NCBI GenBank assembly: GCA_018334055.1 | Contig: JAGXSS010000109.1 | Coordinates: forward strand, 1,260-65,259 | Direction: 5' to 3' | DNA: 64,000 nt | Origin: Peptococcaceae bacterium | Lineage (GTDB): Bacteria; Bacillota; UBA994 | Shown: positions 9,979 to 21,655 of the stretch, piece by piece | Position numbering within the stretch: position 1 is the first letter of the stretch | How the letters are laid out: every line of letters begins with the position of its first letter | Translations under genes and position numbers: made by a program | The notes under the pieces: model-generated | Seen by the model: the letters and a program-made list of their open reading frames with translations, nothing else | What the model was told of the DNA's origin: nothing | Database searches by the model: none

Positions 9979-10990
9979 AGCTTTCACGCAGCCTTTCGGC
10001 GATCTCCGCTGTAGCCACGCCATTCTTCTTGCCAATCATGATAATGCGGATATTCCTGACTTCGTTTTCCTTGGCCATGACATAGGCGATAATTGGCTCG
10101 GGGCCAAGGGCGAACATCTTTGCTTCGCGCAACATCGTCATCTGGAAGTTGTCAGCCAGCTTTTCTAAGGTCGTCAATTGACCGCTCTCTAGATAAGCTG
10201 CCACGCCTTGCTCGACCACTGCCTTGTATGGCGTGAGACTAAAGGCTTGAACTAGCTGCGCCCAGTCAGACCCATATAGTGGGGTAAAGAAGCTCGGTGC
10301 CAGAGTACCACCGGGCAGCAGGCTATCGTCTAGGAAGGCCCGACCGCGACCTAGTCTTTTGACCCGGGCGAGGCTCTTCAAATTGACCAGGTCGACTTGG
10401 GCAGCCAAAAGCCGGCGATAAAACTCATGCCCACCTTTACTAGCCATGTCAGCCACCATGGCCGTCTGCGTACGGTCGAGAACCTCATCGATGACCTTGG
10501 GGTCTTGCCGTTCCTCGTAGGCCGCCTTGGCTGCTTTGACGCCTTCGTAGTACTCCTTTGGTATGCTGGGCAGCTGGTCGTTTTTCAGAACGCTCTTTAT
10601 CGTCTCAGCGGGCACTAAGCCGGCGTCGACCAGCAGGTAATCGAAATCCTTCTTCTGATAATGCGCCTTGAGCAACACCTTCAGATTATGGATGTCATAC
10701 TTGATGAGGAAGAGGTCCGCCAAAGCCTCCTTCGGCAAAAGCTCCCTGATCAAGAGGTAGACGCGCTTAATTTCCTCCGTGGTGATGGCATCAATATCGT
10801 AGGGATTCGGGGCCTTGGCCACTAGGTCAGCGTAATCTGTTTCGGACAACACCAAGAGTGCTTCATCAACGCTCTTGGCATTCTGCAGGCGCTGCATCTT
10901 GGTTTTGTCCAGCAACTTATTCTCTAAGACTCGAATGCGCCCCACTGCATAGGCATATCTTGAGTCCTGTGAAATCGACAACGTCTTCAA
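9971..10990 (-). CDS. atpC: A/V-type ATP synthase subunit C
   Basis: YAYAVGRIRVLE...KENEVRNIRII; operon position. Confidence 0.93.
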   Translation of the reverse strand: MKTLSISQDSRYAYAVGRIRVLENKLLDKTKMQRLQNAKSVDEALLVLSETDYADLVAKAPNPYDIDAITTEEIKRVYLLIRELLPKEALADLFLIKYDIHNLKVLLKAHYQKKDFDYLLVDAGLVPAETIKSVLKNDQLPSIPKEYYEGVKAAKAAYEERQDPKVIDEVLDRTQTAMVADMASKGGHEFYRRLLAAQVDLVNLKSLARVKRLGRGRAFLDDSLLPGGTLAPSFFTPLYGSDWAQLVQAFSLTPYKAVVEQGVAAYLESGQLTTLEKLADNFQMTMLREAKMFALGPEPIIAYVMAKENEVRNIRIIMIGKKNGVATAEIAERLRESYV

Positions 10991-11018
10991 CTCCTTTGTC
11001 GGCCCATCGCTAGAGCGT

Positions 11019-11615
11019 CTACTTAAATAGGATTTGGGCGACGGCTGGCTCGAGGTCTCCCCTCATCGCCTGGAGACGCGCGGGATATGTGGCGTTAATT
11101 TCGATGTAGGGACCGACCAAGAAGAAGCCCCCCCCAGTTTGGCGATGCTCGGTGGCTAGGGTCAATGTACCCTCTAAGCCTTGTGCCTTGAGGGTGGCAT
11201 TTAACTCCCGGACAAACTCAGCGCTCCAGATGTCCTTATCCTCTTTCGCGCAGACGATTACTTCGTTGCCTTCGGTCACTGCGGCGAGTACTAAGGGACG
11301 AAGCAGTTCGCGAGCGGCAGCGATGGGCAAAGCTCTGACTTCTTCCAGAGCGAGGGTAAAGGCCCGCGAGATCATGCCCTGCTTGGTGGCTAGAATGCTT
11401 TTGCGTGCTTCGAGTCTGGCCATAGTCGACTGACGCGCCTGATGTTCTTCGGCCTCGCTGTTGGCACGAACTAAATGATTCTTGGCCTCCGCCTCGGCCT
11501 CCGCCTTGGCTCTGGCCAGGACTGCAGTTGCTTTGGCGCGCCCTTCCGCGACTAAGGCCTCGGCCTGACCCTCGGCATCGAGTCTAATCTTATGCAAGAT
11601 GTTTTCCAGTGACAT
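11019..11615 (-). CDS. atpE: A/V-type ATP synthase subunit E
   Basis: Ala/Glu-rich coiled coil, GGF motif, operon position. Confidence 0.9.
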   Translation of the reverse strand: MSLENILHKIRLDAEGQAEALVAEGRAKATAVLARAKAEAEAEAKNHLVRANSEAEEHQARQSTMARLEARKSILATKQGMISRAFTLALEEVRALPIAAARELLRPLVLAAVTEGNEVIVCAKEDKDIWSAEFVRELNATLKAQGLEGTLTLATEHRQTGGGFFLVGPYIEINATYPARLQAMRGDLEPAVAQILFK

Positions 11616-11636
11616 TCACTCAACCCCTAACAAGGT

Positions 11637-12131
<495 letters not shown>

Positions 12132-12173
12132 TCATACCTCCATTGTTCTTTTATAATCTGCTATAGCCGAGTG

Positions 12174-14156
12174 TTACTTAATGACAATGAACTTAGATGC
12201 GAGCCTGAGCGGCTTAAAGGGCTGGCCGCCTCCTTCAAAGAACTTGGTGAAAAACTCTACGAATTGCAGGCGAGCGGAATGAATAAAGCATCCGAGTGTG
12301 CTGAGCACCACATTGAACAGATGCCCAGCGACGAAAATAACCGCCGCCAAGGGCCAGCCGACCACCGGGATGGCGACAACCATGCCGGCAATGGTGTTAA
12401 TCACCACGGCAATTACCGCACTCGAGAGCCCGAGAGCTAGGATACGGGTGTAGCTCAAGACATCGCTAAAGTAGCCCACCCCACCATATAGCGCGTAGAG
12501 TCCCGTGCCCAGCTTGGCGAATATGCCCTTGGCGGCGCGCCCCTGGGCTAGCACCACTAGAACGGCTGCAAGTATTGAAACATTCCCAAGGGTGGGCGCG
12601 AGGTGGCTAAAGGCAGGTAAAGTGGTAGCGAGGATTTGCAGGACCAAGGCGAGAATCAAGAACAGCCAGGACCCTTGATCTAGCAGTGCAGCGGAACGGT
12701 CACCACCGGTGAAAGTCATATAACCCTTTACGGCTATTCCTAGGAACACATGCACCACGCCTAAGACCAGAGAGAGAATCATGATGGTCATGGGGGCGGA
12801 CATAGGGTCGACTAAGACAAAGTTGTCCTTCAACGCAATGAGCCCGGGGAATGGCATGAGATCGATTAAATTGCCAAAAAAGCCATTCATGGCAAAGCCG
12901 CTGACAACCGAGAGCAGACCCACCAAGATGAACAAGTGAAAGAACTTGCGACCGGCCATTTCAGGTTTGTACTTGCGCATGAGCCACCAAGAACCTGCCA
13001 CTAAAATTAGCCCGTAGCCGGCATCCCCGAGCGAGAGGGCAAAGAACAGGGCGAAGAAGGGCGCAATTAGAGGCGTGGGGTCGACCTCCGAGTGCATGGG
13101 GTTGCCATAGACATTGGTGACAAACTCAAACGGGCGCACCAAGTTACTGTTCTGCAGTTTTACGGGAGGCACATCTTGGGCGGAGATCTCGCTCTTTAGC
13201 AAGACCACCTGCGGAAAGGATTTCGCCAATCCGGCTCTCAGTTCGCCGAGGCGAGTTGTTTCTACCCAGCCTTCGACGACAAAGGTGTGCGCGGTGTCCG
13301 TCCCCAAGACTGTAGCCTGTTCTCTTTGGATAATATGGCCATAATGGTCAAAAAGAGTCTGTAGCTGCACCTTGTGCGCGAGCAGCTTGGTACAGGCCTG
13401 CAATAACTGGCTCTCCTCCTGGGTTAGCTCGGCTAGCGAGGCCTGCAGACCGATATCCGCCACCCGCGGCGACATATCCGCCAAGGGCAGTGTCACTTGA
13501 TTAAAGATGGATTCCCGGAGCACCGCAGGCGGTTCACCGCCGCCATAGAGTACCACCACATTGACCAGGCGATTGTCCACGGCGATTTTTTCTACATGGT
13601 ACAACCCGGCTGTCTCTGCATCAAGCCTGCGCTCGAAAGCCGCCAGATCGTTAGGCGACACCGTGCCGATGGTGCTACCCACGAGAGATGCTCCACTCAT
13701 GCTTTGCGGCGCAATGTCAAGGAGCAACCACCCGGCAAGCAAAGCGCGCTCAGCCACGAAACGACTGCGCTCATTTTGAATTTCGCCGAGGCGCTTTTCG
13801 TACAGCTTGCATTGATTAACCGCTGTCTCCGCCGCAAACTGCTCCACGGTCTCCACCAATTGCTCCGGCGTCACCACAGCCTTAAGACCCATGAAACTAT
13901 CTATCAGGCTCTCGGTGACCACCTCAAACCGGCGAAGAAACGTTAGGGCAAAACCAACATCGGCTTGCCGCGCCTCTACCTCCCCGAGGGATGAGGTGGC
14001 AGTGGCTAAACCTAAAGCTAAGTCTGTGGCGGCAATGGTCTCCCGCAGATTGCTTAGCTGTAAAACCTCCCAGGTTTGGAGGGCACTTAGCAGGCGCTCC
14101 TTGACGGCGGTAGGCGCCACTAAGCCGATCTTACTCATTTTAGCTTGCGCCATCAC
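12174..14156 (-). CDS. atpI: A/V-type ATP synthase subunit I (a)
   Basis: EVDPTP, GDAGYG, SYTRILAL, HSARLQFVEFF. Confidence 0.95.
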   Translation of the reverse strand: MMAQAKMSKIGLVAPTAVKERLLSALQTWEVLQLSNLRETIAATDLALGLATATSSLGEVEARQADVGFALTFLRRFEVVTESLIDSFMGLKAVVTPEQLVETVEQFAAETAVNQCKLYEKRLGEIQNERSRFVAERALLAGWLLLDIAPQSMSGASLVGSTIGTVSPNDLAAFERRLDAETAGLYHVEKIAVDNRLVNVVVLYGGGEPPAVLRESIFNQVTLPLADMSPRVADIGLQASLAELTQEESQLLQACTKLLAHKVQLQTLFDHYGHIIQREQATVLGTDTAHTFVVEGWVETTRLGELRAGLAKSFPQVVLLKSEISAQDVPPVKLQNSNLVRPFEFVTNVYGNPMHSEVDPTPLIAPFFALFFALSLGDAGYGLILVAGSWWLMRKYKPEMAGRKFFHLFILVGLLSVVSGFAMNGFFGNLIDLMPFPGLIALKDNFVLVDPMSAPMTIMILSLVLGVVHVFLGIAVKGYMTFTGGDRSAALLDQGSWLFLILALVLQILATTLPAFSHLAPTLGNVSILAAVLVVLAQGRAAKGIFAKLGTGLYALYGGVGYFSDVLSYTRILALGLSSAVIAVVINTIAGMVVAIPVVGWPLAAVIFVAGHLFNVVLSTLGCFIHSARLQFVEFFTKFFEGGGQPFKPLRLASKFIVIK

Positions 14157-14469
14157 GCCTCACCAATCTTTCCCTGATAAACTTTACTGCTTCGTTAAGA
14201 TTTTGGCCTGCGCCCTCCGCTAGCTGACGACAACTTTCCTCCGCCTCACCGGCCAGTGTGGCGGCCCGAGCGAGGGCCAGTTCTCGCTTGGCCGTCAACA
14301 AGGCTTCTGCTTCTTGACGAGCCGCGTAGAGTGCGTTTTGGGCACAACGACCGGCCTCGCGCTCGGCCTGCTCGACCAAAACCTCGGCCTCCCGCCTAGC
14401 GTCAGCAATGAGGGTGCGGGCCGATGTTTCAGCCTCCATTATTTGACGCAGTACTTCTTCCATCTTCAT
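14140..14469 (-). CDS. A/V-type ATP synthase subunit H/G (peripheral stalk)
   Basis: Short EA-rich coiled coil, first gene of the operon. Confidence 0.85.
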   Translation of the reverse strand: MKMEEVLRQIMEAETSARTLIADARREAEVLVEQAEREAGRCAQNALYAARQEAEALLTAKRELALARAATLAGEAEESCRQLAEGAGQNLNEAVKFIRERLVRRDGAS

Positions 14470-14618
14470 TTACGTAATCTCACCTTCTTTCGGACCTTAC
14501 GCATAGCCGCATGCCAGCACCATTAGGCGAATGTATACAATATGCATGCCTTAGTAAATTCGAGTAAAGCCATGGTTACCCTGCAAAGTGAAAAAGTTAA
14601 CTTGCAATTAATTATCGC

Positions 14619-15761
14619 TTAGGCCCACTCCCTAGGTCTAGCCGGAACAAGCCCAAAATGGTGCAAAAGCCCCTCGGCAATGCGCCGCGCAGCTTGTCCA
14701 TCCCCATAGGGATTGACCGCATTCTTCATGGTGTTGTAGGCCTCTGTTGACTGCAAAAGTCGGGTCGCCTGCTCCACAATGCCGTGCCGCGAGGTCCCCA
14801 CTACCGCCACCGTACCCGCCTCCACCGCCTCGGGTCGCTCCGTATTGTTGCGCATCACCAAGACCGGTACACCTAAAGCCGGGGCCTCCTCTTGCAGACC
14901 GCCCGAATCGGTCAGAATGAGGTGCGAACGCGCCATCAAGTTGTGAAAATCGTCGGTGTCGAGAGGGTCAAGGAGATGCACCCGCTCTTGCCCCGCCAGG
15001 CATGGCAGGACCACTTCGCGCACCACCGGATTAAGGTGCACGGGGAATAACACCTGCACATCGGGGAAGGCGGCCACCAGGTCAAGGAGCGCCAAGCACA
15101 TCTCGGCCATTGGCTCCCCCCAGTTTTCGCGACGATGCACCTCCACCAGTAGCACCCTGCCTACTAGGGGCAGCTGCTTGAGGGCAACATCATGGAAGGC
15201 GTAGGGTTGCCGCACGGTGGTCGCTAGAGCATCAATGGCGGTATTGCCGGTGACGTAGATGCTAGCGGCCAGAACCCCCTCGCGCAGGAGATTAGCGCGC
15301 GAAGTAGCGGTCGGAGCAAAGTGCACATCGGCTAACGCACCGGTGAGCTTGCGGTTCATCTCTTCAGGGAACGGTGAATACTTATCGTAAGTGCGTAGCC
15401 CCGCTTCGACATGCCCCACCGGCACTTGGTTAAAAAATGCGGCGAGACTGGCGGCAAATGTGGTCAGAGTATCACCATGGACGAGGATAATATCCGGCCG
15501 GTCCTCGCGAAAGATGGTCTCTAGCCCGAGGACCGCGCGCGAGAAAGTCTCGGGCAAGGTCTGCCGCTCCCGCATGATGTTCAGGTCATAGCGCGGGGTG
15601 ATGTTGAACAGGCGCAAGACTTGGTCGAGCATCTCGCGGTGCTGTCCGGTGACGCAGACCGAGACGCTAAATTCGGGGCGGCCGGCCAATTCGTTGATGA
15701 CCGGCGCCATTTTGATGGCCTCGGGCCGTACACCAAAAACCGTAAAGACCTTAACTGTCAA
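14619..15761 (-). CDS. wecB: UDP-N-acetylglucosamine 2-epimerase (non-hydrolysing)
   Basis: [30 protein letters not shown]; probable TTG start at 15761. Confidence 0.95.
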   Translation of the reverse strand: MTVKVFTVFGVRPEAIKMAPVINELAGRPEFSVSVCVTGQHREMLDQVLRLFNITPRYDLNIMRERQTLPETFSRAVLGLETIFREDRPDIILVHGDTLTTFAASLAAFFNQVPVGHVEAGLRTYDKYSPFPEEMNRKLTGALADVHFAPTATSRANLLREGVLAASIYVTGNTAIDALATTVRQPYAFHDVALKQLPLVGRVLLVEVHRRENWGEPMAEMCLALLDLVAAFPDVQVLFPVHLNPVVREVVLPCLAGQERVHLLDPLDTDDFHNLMARSHLILTDSGGLQEEAPALGVPVLVMRNNTERPEAVEAGTVAVVGTSRHGIVEQATRLLQSTEAYNTMKNAVNPYGDGQAARRIAEGLLHHFGLVPARPREWA

Positions 15762-16233
15762 CTTCTGCTCCACCTTTCGGTACCACGGCACCTACATCGG
15801 CCTCCACACCGAGACCAGCCTCTTTTAGCAGCTCTTGGCTAAGCCCATCGGGGTAGTCCGCACCAAAAACAACGCGGACGACCAGGGCATTGATAATCAT
15901 CTTGGCGCACAAGACACAGGGGAAGTGGGTGGTGTACAGGGTAGCCCCACGCACCGAAACCCCGGAATGAGCGGCCTGAATGATGGCGTTTTGCTCGGCA
16001 TGGAGCCCGCGGCACAGTTCGTGGCGCTCACCGGAGGCGATGCCCCTCTCCTCACGCAGACAGCCGATGTCTAGACAGTGGCGTAGGCCTGTGGGTGCGC
16101 CATTGTACCCAGTTGTGAGTATTCTGCGGTCGCTGACGATAATTGCGCCCACGCGCCTGCGCCGGCAAGTACTGCGCTCCGCCACCACCCGGGTAATGGC
16201 CATGAAGTACTCATCCCAGCTTGGCCTCGTCAT
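15751..16233 (-). CDS. dCMP deaminase family (ComEB-like) protein
   Basis: [20 protein letters not shown] zinc motifs. Confidence 0.92.
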   Translation of the reverse strand: MTRPSWDEYFMAITRVVAERSTCRRRRVGAIIVSDRRILTTGYNGAPTGLRHCLDIGCLREERGIASGERHELCRGLHAEQNAIIQAAHSGVSVRGATLYTTHFPCVLCAKMIINALVVRVVFGADYPDGLSQELLKEAGLGVEADVGAVVPKGGAEVDS

Positions 16234-16868
16234 TTGGTGCCAAAGAGCCTGTCTCCGGCATCACCAAGGCCCGGGACAATGTAAGCATGTGAATTGAGGT
16301 GCGAATCGATAGCAGCGGTATAAATCTCGACCTCAGGATGGCTCTTCTGGACCGCGGCAATGCCTTCCGGAGCGGCAATAAGACAGACCAGCTTGATGCT
16401 GGTGGCCCCCTGGCTCTTTAAGTAATCAATCGCCGCGACCGCCGAACCACCGGTGGCCAACATGGGGTCAAGGACGAGGAGCAGCCTTTCTGCTACGTCG
16501 GAAGGCAGCTTGGCATAGTACTCGACCGGGCTTAAGGTCTCCGGGTCACGGTAGAGGCCGATATGCCCCACCTTGGCCGTAGGCACCAGGCGCAGGAGTC
16601 CGTTAACCATGCCGAGACCCGCCCTGAGGATGGGTACAAGGCCAATTTTCTTTCCGGCAAGGACCCTGCTTTTCGCCATAGCAACAGGAGTCTCGATACT
16701 AACTTCATCTAGGGGCAAATTGCGGGTCACTTCGTAGGTCAAAAGCATGGCCACTTCATCGACTAATTCGCGAAATTCCTTAGAGCCGGTGTTTTTATCG
16801 CGAATATAGGTGAGTTTGTGTTGAACCAAAGGGTGGTCTAAAACAAAGACATTATCTTCCCTACGCAT
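16230..16868 (-). CDS. upp: Uracil phosphoribosyltransferase
   Basis: [28 protein letters not shown]. Confidence 0.97.
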   Translation of the reverse strand: MRREDNVFVLDHPLVQHKLTYIRDKNTGSKEFRELVDEVAMLLTYEVTRNLPLDEVSIETPVAMAKSRVLAGKKIGLVPILRAGLGMVNGLLRLVPTAKVGHIGLYRDPETLSPVEYYAKLPSDVAERLLLVLDPMLATGGSAVAAIDYLKSQGATSIKLVCLIAAPEGIAAVQKSHPEVEIYTAAIDSHLNSHAYIVPGLGDAGDRLFGTK

Positions 16869-18102
16869 AGAGCGGAAACTCCGCACAGAGAGTTGCTACA
16901 CCTTTCTTCACCGCGGCCATGACCACGGCGTTGTCACTGTTTTCTAGGGCGTCGGCTAGGAGGTTGGCAATTCTCACCATGGCTGCTTCGGTCATGCCCC
17001 GCGAGGTCATGGCAGGGGTGCCGATGCGAATCCCGCTCGTGGTAAATGGCCCCTCGGGGTCAAAGGGGATGGTGTTCTTGTTGACCGTAATGCCCACGCC
17101 ATCAAGAATCTTCTCGGCCTTCTTGCCGGTGAGGCCCTGACCCCTTAGATCAACCAGCATGAGATGGTTGTCCGTGCCACCGGAGACGATGGAGAAACCA
17201 CGCTCCTGCAAGCCTGCGGCGAGGGCCTTGGCATTGGCCACAACCTGAGCTTGATAGGCCGCAAACTCCGGCAATTGTGCTTCCGCAAAAGAAACGGCCT
17301 TAGCGGCAATAATATGCATCAGGGGGCCGCCTTGCATGCCGGGGAATACCGCCTTGTCGATGGCCTTAGCCCACTCGGCGGTACAGATTATCATGCCGCC
17401 ACGAGGGCCGCGCAAGGTCTTGTGGGTGGTGGTGGTGACAAAATCGGCGAAGGGGATGGGCGAGGGATGTAGCCCTGTGGCCACCAAACCGGCGATGTGG
17501 GCCATATCTACCATAAACAAGGCTCCACAAAGCGCTGCTACTTCCTTCATGCGCTTAAAATCAATGGTTCTGGCGTAGGCACTAGCTCCGGCCACCAAAA
17601 GCTTTGGTTTGTGCTCCAGGGCGAGGCGCTCGACTTCGGCGTAATCGATATACCCGTCACTGCCCACGCCGTAGGAAACAAAATTATAGAGCTGACCTGA
17701 GAAGTTGACCGGGCTGCCGTGGGTCAAATGCCCCCCATGCGACAAATTCATTCCCAGTACGGTGTCGCCGGGCTGCAAGCAGGCAAAGTACACCGCCATG
17801 TTGGCTTGGGCTCCCGAGTGCGGCTGCACATTGGCATGGTCCCCGCCAAAAATGCGGAGCGCCCTCTCGCGCGCTAAGTTTTCGGCCTTGTCCACCACAT
17901 AACAACCGCCATAGTAGCGCTTACCGGGATAGCCCTCGGCATACTTGTTGGTGAGGACTGAACCCATAGCCTCTAGGACCGCCTTAGAGACAAAGTTCTC
18001 CGACGCGATAAGTTCTAGATGCTCTTGCTGACGCCCTAACTCCTCATCAATTACCTTGGCAATCTCGGGGTCAATAACTCGCAAACTCATAGTCGCTCTC
18101 AT
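16861..18102 (-). CDS. glyA: Serine hydroxymethyltransferase
   Basis: [28 protein letters not shown]. Confidence 0.98.
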   Translation of the reverse strand: MRATMSLRVIDPEIAKVIDEELGRQQEHLELIASENFVSKAVLEAMGSVLTNKYAEGYPGKRYYGGCYVVDKAENLARERALRIFGGDHANVQPHSGAQANMAVYFACLQPGDTVLGMNLSHGGHLTHGSPVNFSGQLYNFVSYGVGSDGYIDYAEVERLALEHKPKLLVAGASAYARTIDFKRMKEVAALCGALFMVDMAHIAGLVATGLHPSPIPFADFVTTTTHKTLRGPRGGMIICTAEWAKAIDKAVFPGMQGGPLMHIIAAKAVSFAEAQLPEFAAYQAQVVANAKALAAGLQERGFSIVSGGTDNHLMLVDLRGQGLTGKKAEKILDGVGITVNKNTIPFDPEGPFTTSGIRIGTPAMTSRGMTEAAMVRIANLLADALENSDNAVVMAAVKKGVATLCAEFPLYA

Positions 18103-18113
18103 CCTTTCCTGCT

Positions 18114-18551
18114 TTATGTTCTTTTTTTCATTATCTTTTGGAGGCGCAGGGCATGCCTGCCTCCCGCAAAATCGCTTTGTAGCCAGGCAGTGACAATCTC
18201 GAGCGCCAAACCAACGCCTACGACCCGCTGACCCAGACAGAGAACATTGGCGTCATTGTGCTGCCGGGACATCTTAGCCGAAAATGTATCGTGACAGAGT
18301 GCGGCCCGTATACCATCCAATTTATTCGCCGCAATGGACATGCCTATACCTGAGCCACAGATTAAGATGCCAAGTTCAGCCTCACCTGTGGCGACATCAG
18401 CACACACTGACTGCGCAAAATCCGGATAGTCGACCGACTCCTCGCTAAAACAACCCCGGTCAAACGCTTCATGCCCGAGGCGACAAATGTGCGCCGCAAT
18501 TTCCTGCTTGAGAAGTAGCCCGGCATGGTCACACCCCAGCGATATCTTCAC
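18114..18551 (-). CDS. rpiB: Ribose-5-phosphate isomerase B
   Basis: GCDHAG, DYPDFA, CGSGIG, HNDAN. Confidence 0.95.
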   Translation of the reverse strand: MKISLGCDHAGLLLKQEIAAHICRLGHEAFDRGCFSEESVDYPDFAQSVCADVATGEAELGILICGSGIGMSIAANKLDGIRAALCHDTFSAKMSRQHNDANVLCLGQRVVGVGLALEIVTAWLQSDFAGGRHALRLQKIMKKRT

Positions 18552-18651
18552 CGTCAGTTACCCCCTCCTCCTTGAAATCCAACATTTATTGTACCATAGT
18601 CCCATGAATAGGTGTCGAATAATTCGTGGCGCCCTGGCAGCTTCCTTTTAT

Positions 18652-19329
18652 CTATCCCCCGTCTTCCCCCATCTTCTCTTCCACTTTGGCGAGCAGGTAC
18701 TCTATCTCATCGGCACTTTGCAAGTAAATATCCTCGCCCCCCCCAAAGGGGTCCGCCACATCGGCCGAAACAAGAAAGGCTTCTATCCGCTCTATCTCCT
18801 GTCGTTCCCGGTAGAGCAAGACCCTGAGCTCTCCCTGCAGCAAAACGAGTTGCTCCTCTACGGCTTGCAGCAGGGCAATAAGCTCACCCCGCCTAGTCTG
18901 TAGCTCCGCGATATTCGGAGAATTCTCCGCGGCAAATTGACGGCGTTTTTCATCGACACGCGAATAAAGGTCATGGAGCCTATTTTCTAAATGCTGTCTC
19001 TCCTGGTCGCTCAAAGCAAAACTCTTGATGGTAAATATCTTCCCCTCTGCCATAGGAAAGCGCTCTAAGACAACCTCCAGGTGGCGCTCGGTCATAGTCA
19101 AGATAATATCGGCCCAGAGCACCATTTCCTCTGTGACCAATTGCGCGCGATGGCCAGAGAGGTCAAGCCCCCTTTTGTGCATCGCGGCCATGGCACCGCG
19201 TGAGGCCACCGCCCCGCTCTCAGCAGCCACTCCCCCCGAACGCACTTCATGTTTTCCCGAGCGCCGGAGCATGGCCTCGGCCATGGTGCTGCGACAAGTG
19301 TTGCCGGTGCAGACGAAGAGAATTTTCAT
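18652..19329 (-). CDS. Low-molecular-weight protein-arginine phosphatase (YwlE-like) with coiled-coil insertion
   Basis: P-loop CTGNTCRS, DPFGG; sua5-ywlE-rpiB synteny. Confidence 0.85.
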   Translation of the reverse strand: MKILFVCTGNTCRSTMAEAMLRRSGKHEVRSGGVAAESGAVASRGAMAAMHKRGLDLSGHRAQLVTEEMVLWADIILTMTERHLEVVLERFPMAEGKIFTIKSFALSDQERQHLENRLHDLYSRVDEKRRQFAAENSPNIAELQTRRGELIALLQAVEEQLVLLQGELRVLLYRERQEIERIEAFLVSADVADPFGGGEDIYLQSADEIEYLLAKVEEKMGEDGG

Positions 19330-20351
19330 TTTTGCTCACCGATGACCCGCGAGGCAGCCTTGCGGAGGCGATTCATAACGGCCTCGCCTAGACCCTCGGG
19401 CACAATCCCCTCGACCAAAATACACTCAATCCCCATTCCATCGGCCTCCCTTAAATAGGCATACAGCTTACGTGCCGCTAAATCCGCGCATCCCCTTTCA
19501 CCGAGGGTAAATTTGTGCGCAGTGCTGGGCAGTAACTCTAAGGTATCGCTATGGGCGATGACGGCGACTTTTGCTTCATTGTCCAGCGCCGCAGTCATCG
19601 CGCTAATCTGATCGCCGAGATAAAGAAAAATCTCGGCGCGTGGAGCATAGTGCACGTACTTCATTCCCGGCGCTTCCGGTACGCCGTCGGCATGAGTGGC
19701 CAAGACCACGGGCAATTGCGTGGCCTCCTGCAGCATGGCGCGCGTTACCGAACCGGGGCGCAGAACAACTATGCGGTCGAAATAGACCCTAGCGACTGTC
19801 GACTCCAAACCTACAGTTGTTTCTCCCCCATCGCACAGGGCATCAATACTCCCCGCCAAATCCTCTGCCACATGCCGCGCCGCAGTAGGGCTAGGGCGCC
19901 CCGAGAGATTGGCGCTAGGCGCCACTATGGGCACACCGGCAGCGGTAATAAGCCGCAGGGCGAGCGGGTGGCTGGGCATGCGCACGCCTACAGTGTTTAA
20001 GCCTGCGGTCACGAGCCCGGACAGGGCGGGGTTTTTGGTCAAAACCAAGGTGAGGGGCCCCGGCCAGAAATACATCATCAGCTTTTCTTCTTGCGGGCTG
20101 ATACCTTGCGCGACCATGGCAAGCTCCTCGGGGTGGGCGATGTGGACGATGAGGGGGTTGTCGGCGGGCCTGCCCTTAGCGGCAAAGATCTTCTTAATTG
20201 CCGCTTCACAATCGTAGCGGGCGCCTAACCCATAGACCGTCTCGGTAGGAAAGGCAACCACGCCGCCAGCTTTAAGAATGTCGGCGGCCGCCGCTATATC
20301 GTTATCGCTAAAATTGCCCTCGAGGGCTGAAAACACCCGCATATGCTCCAC
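19326..20351 (-). CDS. Threonylcarbamoyl-AMP synthase (Sua5/YwlC)
   Basis: PTETVYGLG, KGRPADNPLIVH, SANLSGRPSPT, PGMKYVHYAP. Confidence 0.95.
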   Translation of the reverse strand: MEHMRVFSALEGNFSDNDIAAAADILKAGGVVAFPTETVYGLGARYDCEAAIKKIFAAKGRPADNPLIVHIAHPEELAMVAQGISPQEEKLMMYFWPGPLTLVLTKNPALSGLVTAGLNTVGVRMPSHPLALRLITAAGVPIVAPSANLSGRPSPTAARHVAEDLAGSIDALCDGGETTVGLESTVARVYFDRIVVLRPGSVTRAMLQEATQLPVVLATHADGVPEAPGMKYVHYAPRAEIFLYLGDQISAMTAALDNEAKVAVIAHSDTLELLPSTAHKFTLGERGCADLAARKLYAYLREADGMGIECILVEGIVPEGLGEAVMNRLRKAASRVIGEQK

Positions 20352-20460
20352 CTGCCTATTTTACTCATTCTATTTTACCACGACTCGCCGTCAATATGTT
20401 CTGTAGGCTAGGTGCGCCGGGCCATGTCTTTCTTTTTTGCCGCACAGGCGATATACTTAG

Positions 20461-20476
20461 GCAAACGCTTGTTTGC
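20461..20476. promoter_or_regulatory. Putative LexA (SOS) operator upstream of dinB
   Basis: Perfect palindrome GCAAAC-gctt-GTTTGC abutting the RBS; same geometry as the Gram-positive GAAC-N4-GTTC box. Confidence 0.5.
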
Positions 20477-20485
20477 GGAGGAAAT

Positions 20486-21655
20486 ATGCGCCACATTATT
20501 CACCTCGATATGGACGCCTTTTTTGCCGCCGTAGAACAACTTGACTTCCCCCATATGAGGGGTAAACCCGTTATCGTGGGGGGCGCGCCGAACGAACGGG
20601 GGGTGGTCTCCACCTGCTCTTATGAAGCGCGTAAGTTTGGCGTGCGCTCCGCCATGTCCTTGACCGAAGCCTACCAGCGTTGCCCCAGCGGCATCTTTGT
20701 TCATGGCAGGGGTTTTCGGTACAGGGAGATTTCACGCCAAGTGTTTGCTATTATGTCAGAATATTCGCCACTGTTTGAGCCCGTCTCCATCGATGAAGCC
20801 TTTCTTGATGTCACCGCCTCGCTCAAACTCTTTGGTACGGCTCCCCAGATAGCCGAGACCATTCAAAGGCGAGTGCGCGAGGAACTGCATCTTTCTTGCT
20901 CCCTAGGGGTGGCGCCCAATAAATTTTTGGCTAAACTAGCCAGCGACCTCAAGAAACCAGGCGGCATAGTGGTCATCGCCAAAGAAGACGCGAAGGCCCT
21001 CCTCGCTCCATTGCCGATTGCTAAAATCTGGGGGGTTGGCGAAAAAACCGCTCAGAAATTTCACCGAGTCGGTATCATCACCATTGGCGACCTGCAAAAA
21101 AGTGACCCTCATACCTTGGCGAGGCGCTTTGGCAGCCACGGGCCGCACCTCTGGCGTCTCGCCCATGGTGAGGATGATCGCCCGGTGGAGCGCTATGACA
21201 GCGTTAAATCCATCGGGCATGAGCACACCTTTGAACAAGATATTGCCGACCAAGGCGCCATCAAGGCCACCCTCTTGGCACTATCAGCCAAAGTAGGACG
21301 GCGCTTGCGCCAACAGGGCTACAAGGCGCGGGTTATTCATCTCAAACTTCGCTACCTAGATTTTTCTACCTACTCCAGACAACTGACCCTAAGCACCGGC
21401 ACCGACCTTGACGGAGATATTTTTGGCGCGGCAGAAAAATTATTCGACACTCATTTCGACGGCCGCCCGGTGCGCCTGGTAGGTGTTTCTACCCACCAAC
21501 TGGCCCCACGTGGCCAATGCCTCGAACAACTCGACCTTTTCACGCCTCTCTCCGACAAAAAGCGCCAAATAGCCAGCGTCATGGATAAAATTAAAGACCG
21601 GCATGGCGAAAAAAGCATCACCTACGGTCTGGTCACCGAACACGAGGAAGTCTAG
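20486..21655 (+). CDS. dinB: DNA polymerase IV
   Basis: HLDMDAFFAAVE, SYEARKFGVRSAM, SIDEAFLD; RBS GGAGG before ATG 20486. Confidence 0.96.
   Translation: MRHIIHLDMDAFFAAVEQLDFPHMRGKPVIVGGAPNERGVVSTCSYEARKFGVRSAMSLTEAYQRCPSGIFVHGRGFRYREISRQVFAIMSEYSPLFEPVSIDEAFLDVTASLKLFGTAPQIAETIQRRVREELHLSCSLGVAPNKFLAKLASDLKKPGGIVVIAKEDAKALLAPLPIAKIWGVGEKTAQKFHRVGIITIGDLQKSDPHTLARRFGSHGPHLWRLAHGEDDRPVERYDSVKSIGHEHTFEQDIADQGAIKATLLALSAKVGRRLRQQGYKARVIHLKLRYLDFSTYSRQLTLSTGTDLDGDIFGAAEKLFDTHFDGRPVRLVGVSTHQLAPRGQCLEQLDLFTPLSDKKRQIASVMDKIKDRHGEKSITYGLVTEHEEV

Noticed and set aside
18613-18619. Perfect Spo0A box TGTCGAA upstream of rpiB
   Set aside because: A single heptamer coinciding with a -35-like element of a housekeeping promoter; expected by chance
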